DNA of 64,000 nucleotides, from assembly GCA_027923505.1 (NCBI GenBank), contig BROI01000013.1, positions 62,001 through 126,000 of the forward strand, written 5' to 3'. Positions 58,371 to 64,000 of the stretch are shown here, in pieces. The DNA comes from Mayamaea pseudoterrestris (lineage: Eukaryota). A model generated the notes under the pieces. The model was not told where the DNA came from and searched no databases. It saw only the letters and a program-made list of their open reading frames with translations. Position numbers and translations under genes: made by a program. Numbering within the stretch: the stretch's first letter is position 1; each line of letters starts with the position of its first letter.

Positions 58371-59792
58371 ATGGCGGATTCTACAATCGCGGCAGAAGTG
58401 GAAATCAACAGAAAGCGAAAGGAAGAGTGGTCTCTCCTTCTAGATTACTATCGTCGGCAAGGAGTTTCGGAAGAACAATTGCTGGAAAGACAATGCAGGC
58501 ATCGATTCATTCGGCTCAACCCAAGATTCGATGCGAGAGAAACACTTGAACTACTTCAAAAAGAATGTAGGAATCACAATCAAGTCATCAAGACTATAGC
58601 GAATGAAGAATATCCAATGCTTGTTCCGTGGCTTGACGCAGCTTGGGGATTTTATGCCCTGCCTGGTGACTTTGGGTTGGCGCAATCCTCTTGCTTTCGA
58701 TCCGGACGAGTCTACGGCCAAGACGTGAGCTCGGGAGCAGCCGTTGCTGCGTTACTGACCAATCAGCTTGACATTGAACAAACATGTCAAGGAATAAGGG
58801 TTGACAGAACCGCTACTACGCAGCAATCCTCATGCATTTCAAAGCCAAATCTCAGAGTCCTTGACCTGTGCTGCGCTCCTGGACTCAAGCTTTGCGCCAT
58901 GGCGGACTATCTTCGCACCAACAACACTGCATCGCAGTTAATTGGAGTCGATATATCAGAAGGGAGAACGAATATCTGCGTGCGAGTCATTCAAAAGTAT
59001 CAGATTGATTTGGAAACGTCAGGACAGCAACTATCGGTTGGGTCTAGTTCGGAGACAGATACTGTTGACGGCAACACCAAAAGTGACATTTGCATCCAGT
59101 TATGCTGCAATGACGGAACAACTTATCTGCAAGACGAAGCTGCAGCTTACAATTTGGTGTTTGATTCGCAGGTTGCTGCGGAGGAATTATTGCACTGTGG
59201 CAAGAGGAAACGCATGAACAAGAGCGCCAAGGCGCGACAGGCTAAGCTGCTACGAGAGCAGAAGAATTTACATTTCGATAACGACAAAAACCTGCTATTA
59301 TTTGACCGCGTGCTTGTTGATGCAGAATGTAGCACGGATGGCTCGATAAAGCACATGCAGAAGCGTTTCTCGAAAAAACAACACCAAGATCAGTCGAACA
59401 ATCATCGCAGAGGCAGTCTCATTGCTTCCTTGACGGACAAGGCGGAGCTTGAAGCGCTCATTGCCCTGCAGAAGGGTCTTGCGGCGAATGGATTTCGATT
59501 ACTGGCACCAGGAGGAAGCATGGTCTACTCAACGTGCTCATTGTCGGAGCAGCAAAATGAAGGCATCGTTCGGTGGTTGTTGGAAACGTACGGCAACGCC
59601 AAACTAGTTCCCATCATCATTGATGCATCGCCTTCGAATGGTATTCGACAAGGCAGTTTGTCTGGTACGCTTCGTTTTCTTCCTGGGCCGCAAGCTACTA
59701 ATGGTGCGGATGATGAAAGCAGCGTGTCAATGACCAACTCACTCGTTGGCGGTGGATTTTTTCTGGCGAAAATTGCTAAGACTAATGCATAA
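58371..59792 (+). CDS. NOL1/NOP2/Sun (RsmB/NSUN) family RNA m5C methyltransferase
   Basis: YGQDVSSG, VLDLCCAPGLK, GVDIS, FDRVLVDAECSTDGS, MVYSTCSL..QNE, GFFLAKI. Confidence 0.88.
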   Translation: MADSTIAAEVEINRKRKEEWSLLLDYYRRQGVSEEQLLERQCRHRFIRLNPRFDARETLELLQKECRNHNQVIKTIANEEYPMLVPWLDAAWGFYALPGDFGLAQSSCFRSGRVYGQDVSSGAAVAALLTNQLDIEQTCQGIRVDRTATTQQSSCISKPNLRVLDLCCAPGLKLCAMADYLRTNNTASQLIGVDISEGRTNICVRVIQKYQIDLETSGQQLSVGSSSETDTVDGNTKSDICIQLCCNDGTTYLQDEAAAYNLVFDSQVAAEELLHCGKRKRMNKSAKARQAKLLREQKNLHFDNDKNLLLFDRVLVDAECSTDGSIKHMQKRFSKKQHQDQSNNHRRGSLIASLTDKAELEALIALQKGLAANGFRLLAPGGSMVYSTCSLSEQQNEGIVRWLLETYGNAKLVPIIIDASPSNGIRQGSLSGTLRFLPGPQATNGADDESSVSMTNSLVGGGFFLAKIAKTNA

Positions 59793-59843
59793 TGCCTAAT
59801 TCCTGCAGTTCGTTATTCTAAGCATGCTTTATTACGCCAAATA

Positions 59844-62800
59844 TTATGCCTTTCTTGGTTTCGATAGGGCAAGGAGGGCCAAGCCAACGATCGCCAAAGC
59901 TCCGGCAATTCCAAGCGCCAGCAACTGCTCATGGGGCATGTCAGCGAGCAGAGTACTGGTCTTAATAGGCTCCAAGCGCTTGACTGCAAGTTTGATGACC
60001 TTGCCTGTTTGCCGCGCGACATCCCATGCTTCCGCAACATCATCGTCGCCAGTAATTATCACTACATCGCCCTCGTCATCTGTATATTGTAGCTGAATTT
60101 TATCATGCGGTATGCCAGACTTTTCGGAAACGCTTTCGAGAAGCAAAGCAATGCTTGGAGGACACTTGATGCGATGGGTGTTGCCAGCAGGATCCGTGAC
60201 TTTAAAAACGCTTGCATTTGCAGTGCTGCGACTCAAATCGTCCATTTGATAGGCCATTTTGTTGGCGCTCTTCCCGAGCTCGCCAAGTGTGCTACCGGCA
60301 AAGGACTTGTCCTCTTCAAATTCAAGCGTTGCTGGAATATGCGAAGGGATTTGCGATGCAAACACCATTTCAGGGCGGTGGGATTTGAGTTCGCTCTTGG
60401 CTGTGCTCTTTGACTGCGATTCCTCAAGGTCCATTGCATTGCTAAAGATCGACCGCCATCCAGCCGTTCCACCGCAGCCATATAATACATCCATGATGTC
60501 AACAAGGCCAACGACGTTTCCTGAAGCATTGACCACTGGCAACGTCAATATTTTGTTGTCGTACATGATTTGCAGTGCATCAAGAACCGTCAAATCTGGG
60601 GAAACGGACTCAGGTTCCGATGTCATTACATCGAATACAGGAGTATCAAGCGGTAATTCATTCGCAATGGCGCGCGTCATCATATCCTTAAAGCCAAAAA
60701 TGCCCAACAACTTTCCATTCTCGACGATGAGCGCGGCATGCCGACTGGCCGCCATACGCAATGCAGCCTCGCGAATTGTTGTTGTTGGGCTGACCATAGT
60801 AGACGGCTTCCCTTTTAAAAGCCCAGCAAGCGTCGGCAGCGCTTCGCCGCCACTGGCTTGAGACAGTAGACTGCCAAGTAGATTCTGAAGCAAGGCAACC
60901 TGCGAATCATTTGCATTATCCTGAAGGCCAAGCGTCTTGACCAATTCTTCTGAACCTTTCAACATTTGTTTGTCTGAACCAGCGCGCTCCAGCTTCGCTA
61001 TAGCAGCAGTCATACATTTCTTAATATCAAGCACACCAACCACAGCTCCTTCACTGTCAACAACTGGCAAGTGACGGAAATGGTTTTCGATCATGCACTC
61101 AAGAGCGTCTATGGCAGGATCGTCGAGTGCTACGCACGTTGGATCAATCGTGATTATGGCAGAAATAGGAGTTGTTGCAAGATCCAGATCTCTTGCAACA
61201 GCCCGCCGAGTGAAGTCTGTGTCAGTTACTATGCCAGCGAGCGCTCCTTCTGGATAGACGACGAGTGATGCGTCGCTTCGCTTTCTTTGCAAAAGTTTAG
61301 CGACGTTTAGAATACTTTCGTTGGTGAGCGACAAGACTGCTTTCATAGGACGGAGGTTTGCAACCGTCTTTTGTGCCGCACAACGGCTTCCTTCTGCTCG
61401 GATAGAAGCGACGCTCACTGGACCGTAATTACTTGGAGCTGAAATTGTCGATGCATCATCGACTTCCAACGCTTTGCTAAAAATTGATCTCCACCCAACC
61501 GCCCCTCCCGATGCATATATGACATCAAGTACGTCAACCAATCCAGCAACACGGCCGTCATCCTCGACGACGGGAAGAGTCAAAAATTTGTTGTCAGCCA
61601 TAGCATAGAGAGCATCAATAACCGTCATGTCTGGTGAAATGCATTCAGGTTCTCGAGTCATCACAGCAGACACTGAGGTTTTATCGAGCGAAAGTTGCTT
61701 AGCAATTGCTCGGGACATCATGTCTTTAAATCCAAAAATGCCAACAAGACGTCCATCTTCGACAATCAGTGCGGCATGTTTGCTTTCCGCCATGCGCATA
61801 CCAGCTTCCCTGATACTAGTTTGAGGGCCAATGATAGTGGACGGTCGCCCTTGCAATAAGCTCCGCAAGGTCGGAATAGCCTTCCCGCCCAGTGCCTTGG
61901 CCATGAGACTCGAAAGAAGGGTATGCAATGCTAAAGCTTGCTCATTCGTCGCTCCTTGAACTATTTGATGAACAGCGTCCTCTGCTACCTTTGGACTGCG
62001 AGATTGCAGCGTTTCCAGCTTCGCAATGGCTTCGTGCAAGCAATTGCCTATATCAACTGTTCCGACAATTTTTCCATTCAAATCGGTAACTGGAAGATGG
62101 CGAAACTGATTCTCCAGCATGGTATTGAGGGCATCCATGGCAAAATCTCCAATGGACATGCAAGTAGGATCAGGAGTCATAATGCGAGCGATAGGGGTCA
62201 AGTCTGGGTCAATGCCCGGATTGGCGACAACACGCCTTGTAAAATCAGTATCTGTTACAATGCCCATCACTTCCTCTTGATCACCAAGGATAATGCATGA
62301 ACTGGCTCTCTTAGACGACAACAATTTTGCCACTGTTGTAATCGTCGCGAAAGAGTTCGTGGTTAACGGTTTCGCGGGTCGAAGTTTTCCCACCGTCTTG
62401 CCAGTTTGTGCGGACTTCGTCACAGACTCAGGTTCGATTAGCTTTCCAACTGGCACCGAGGTGCTCGACTTAATTACACTCACTACAGATGGAGCAATCG
62501 AAACTATAGGAAGTGGTCCAGCAATCGTACGACGCGACATTTCCGAGCCCTTAAGCTCATTTGTAAATTTATGCTCCAACGGTTCTTCTCGACCAAGTCT
62601 TGCTTCTAGCGCATTCATCTTTCCATGAATCTCCTCTGCCAAAGTAAAATGCTTATTTGATATCGCATGGTCCATCTCTATCTTTAGACCTCGCAAACGT
62701 TCTTGGCAATCAACAGCGGTTGGATAGGCTGATCGTAGTCCTGTGAGGTTGTCAACCTCCGATCGTAGCATTTCCGCCTTCTTGTAATTGCTGGATGCGA

Positions 62801-64000
62801 CAGCTCTATTTACCAGGTCTGTGCCACACGCAATAGCTTGTTCAAGATCAAAGCGTGAGTGTATTTCCTTTTTAACACCGTCAAGCGTGAGTGACTCATT
62901 ACTTGCATTCCCTAGAGCTACACGCTGAGTCACTTCTGTCAAATGAGCTTCATCAATGTCATCTCCGTCGAGACAATCCTGAAACCTGAGCTTAGCCGTT
63001 TCAAGTCGAGTCTGGCCAGCAGCTGCCGCCTCGAAGTCACGATTTCTGGCCGCAGACGCAATTTCAGATTCGATCACGCGTATATTGTCGCGCAATTCCG
63101 CCAGGGTCGGCATTTCCACCCGTTTCGCTGCAAGATTCTCAAGTTGATCTTGCAGTTCACTGCAAACCTTAAAATCTTTTTGTCTCATTGCTTCATTGAG
63201 AAGCGTTTGCAATTCAGCAATTCGTTTCTCAATGACTGCGCGAGTGAGCGGCCGCTTACTTTCCACTGCAAGCCGGGTGCATGCACTGGTGGAGAAAGAA
63301 GAGATTAAGTGTATATATCACATAAGGCGCTTTAAAACACTGGCCATGCGCTTACATTTTCGATTCCAACTCAGCTGCTGCCTTATAATCGCTGGCCGCC
63401 ACAGCCTTTTCGAGTTGCTCTTGCTGTAACGCGACTAAAACCTTACATTCCTTAAACGAAAGATCGTAGAAAGGGTCTTTCATCTTATTCACGCGGTGTG
63501 ATGCTAGCATGGATCGAAAACGAGCTTGAATCGCTACAATTCCTTGTCTCGTCTTGACATACTGCTTTTGTCTACGCCGACGTCGCTCAGCGGAAGCCAC
63601 CCGCGTAGCTGCCTCGTGCTGTCGCTTGCGACGAACCATGTGGAGGCGAAACTTGACCCACGTGATCAAAAAGGCTGTAACTTGGTCGCGCACCAAGCGA
63701 CGCCCAAATTTTGTGAGTGTGCGAGCTGCGACGCGGACTCGAAGTTTAGCAAGCCGTTCTAACTTCTCTGCCAGCTCACGCCTTAAAAATATCTTCGTGT
63801 GACCTATCTGCCAATCAGCGCCTGTCACATGTAACTGTTCGGACAGTGTCTTGACCAGTTGAACAATGCCAAAATCGCCATCGCCAAGAACTTTGTCCGT
63901 CAGCAGGACACTGAAGCGATGGAAAAAGCTTTCAAGATCCTCGCGAAAAGCGTATCCCTCGCGACGGATGCGAATCGCTTCCATCATACCCGAATAGCGC
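59844..64000 (-). CDS. Class-29 myosin, 3' part (end of motor, IQ, coiled coil, CBS array, PB1, C-terminal TM); intron 63286-63355
   Basis: MMEAIRIRREGY and WQIGHTKIFLR (motor/converter); IQARFR; four CBS pairs (GIVTDTDFTRR, FRHLPV, GIFGFKDM); LQYTDDEGDVVII PB1; terminal TM. Confidence 0.9.

Larger units (their letters stand above)
53712..64000. repeat. Copy 2 (intact) of the duplicated block, beginning inside the HOP2 5' end
   Basis: TCATCTTCCTC.. at 53712 matches 35647; runs to the window end. Confidence 0.95.

Overview
Gene-dense eukaryotic nuclear DNA, very likely from a diatom. Evidence: short GT-AG introns, signal-peptide+Phe bipartite plastid presequences, a class-29 CBS/PB1 myosin and a CoDi-like Ty1/copia element. 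The left 36 kb holds about 16 ordinary genes (NDOR1, organellar IleRS, SAC3/GANP, DDX55, AP3M, PES/ELT acyltransferase, PDI-C/ERV, PRA1, HOP2 and others) plus tRNA-Ser(GCT). Region 35.6-46.1 kb is repeated from 53.7 kb to the window end. The first copy decays with indels and the two are separated by unassigned DNA and a truncated copia element, so this is probably a haplotype or assembly duplication. The most striking observation is a minus-strand bZIP gene (15844-17108) with the architecture of an IRE1-cleaved HAC1/XBP1/bZIP60-type unconventional intron. It has two hairpins with 7-nt CAG^CAGY loops 206 nt apart and a long exon-exon helix, and excision swaps a hydrophobic tail for an acidic tail. 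This is a candidate diatom unfolded-protein-response switch. Other highlights: a TGACGT-rich 42-bp tandem array in a divergent promoter, a plastid-targeted acyltransferase-TM-lipocalin fusion, a candidate intronic C/D snoRNA, a HOP2 with duplicated Cys-rich modules and a degenerate MsrA. All calls are by eye from motifs; no searches or folding programs were run.
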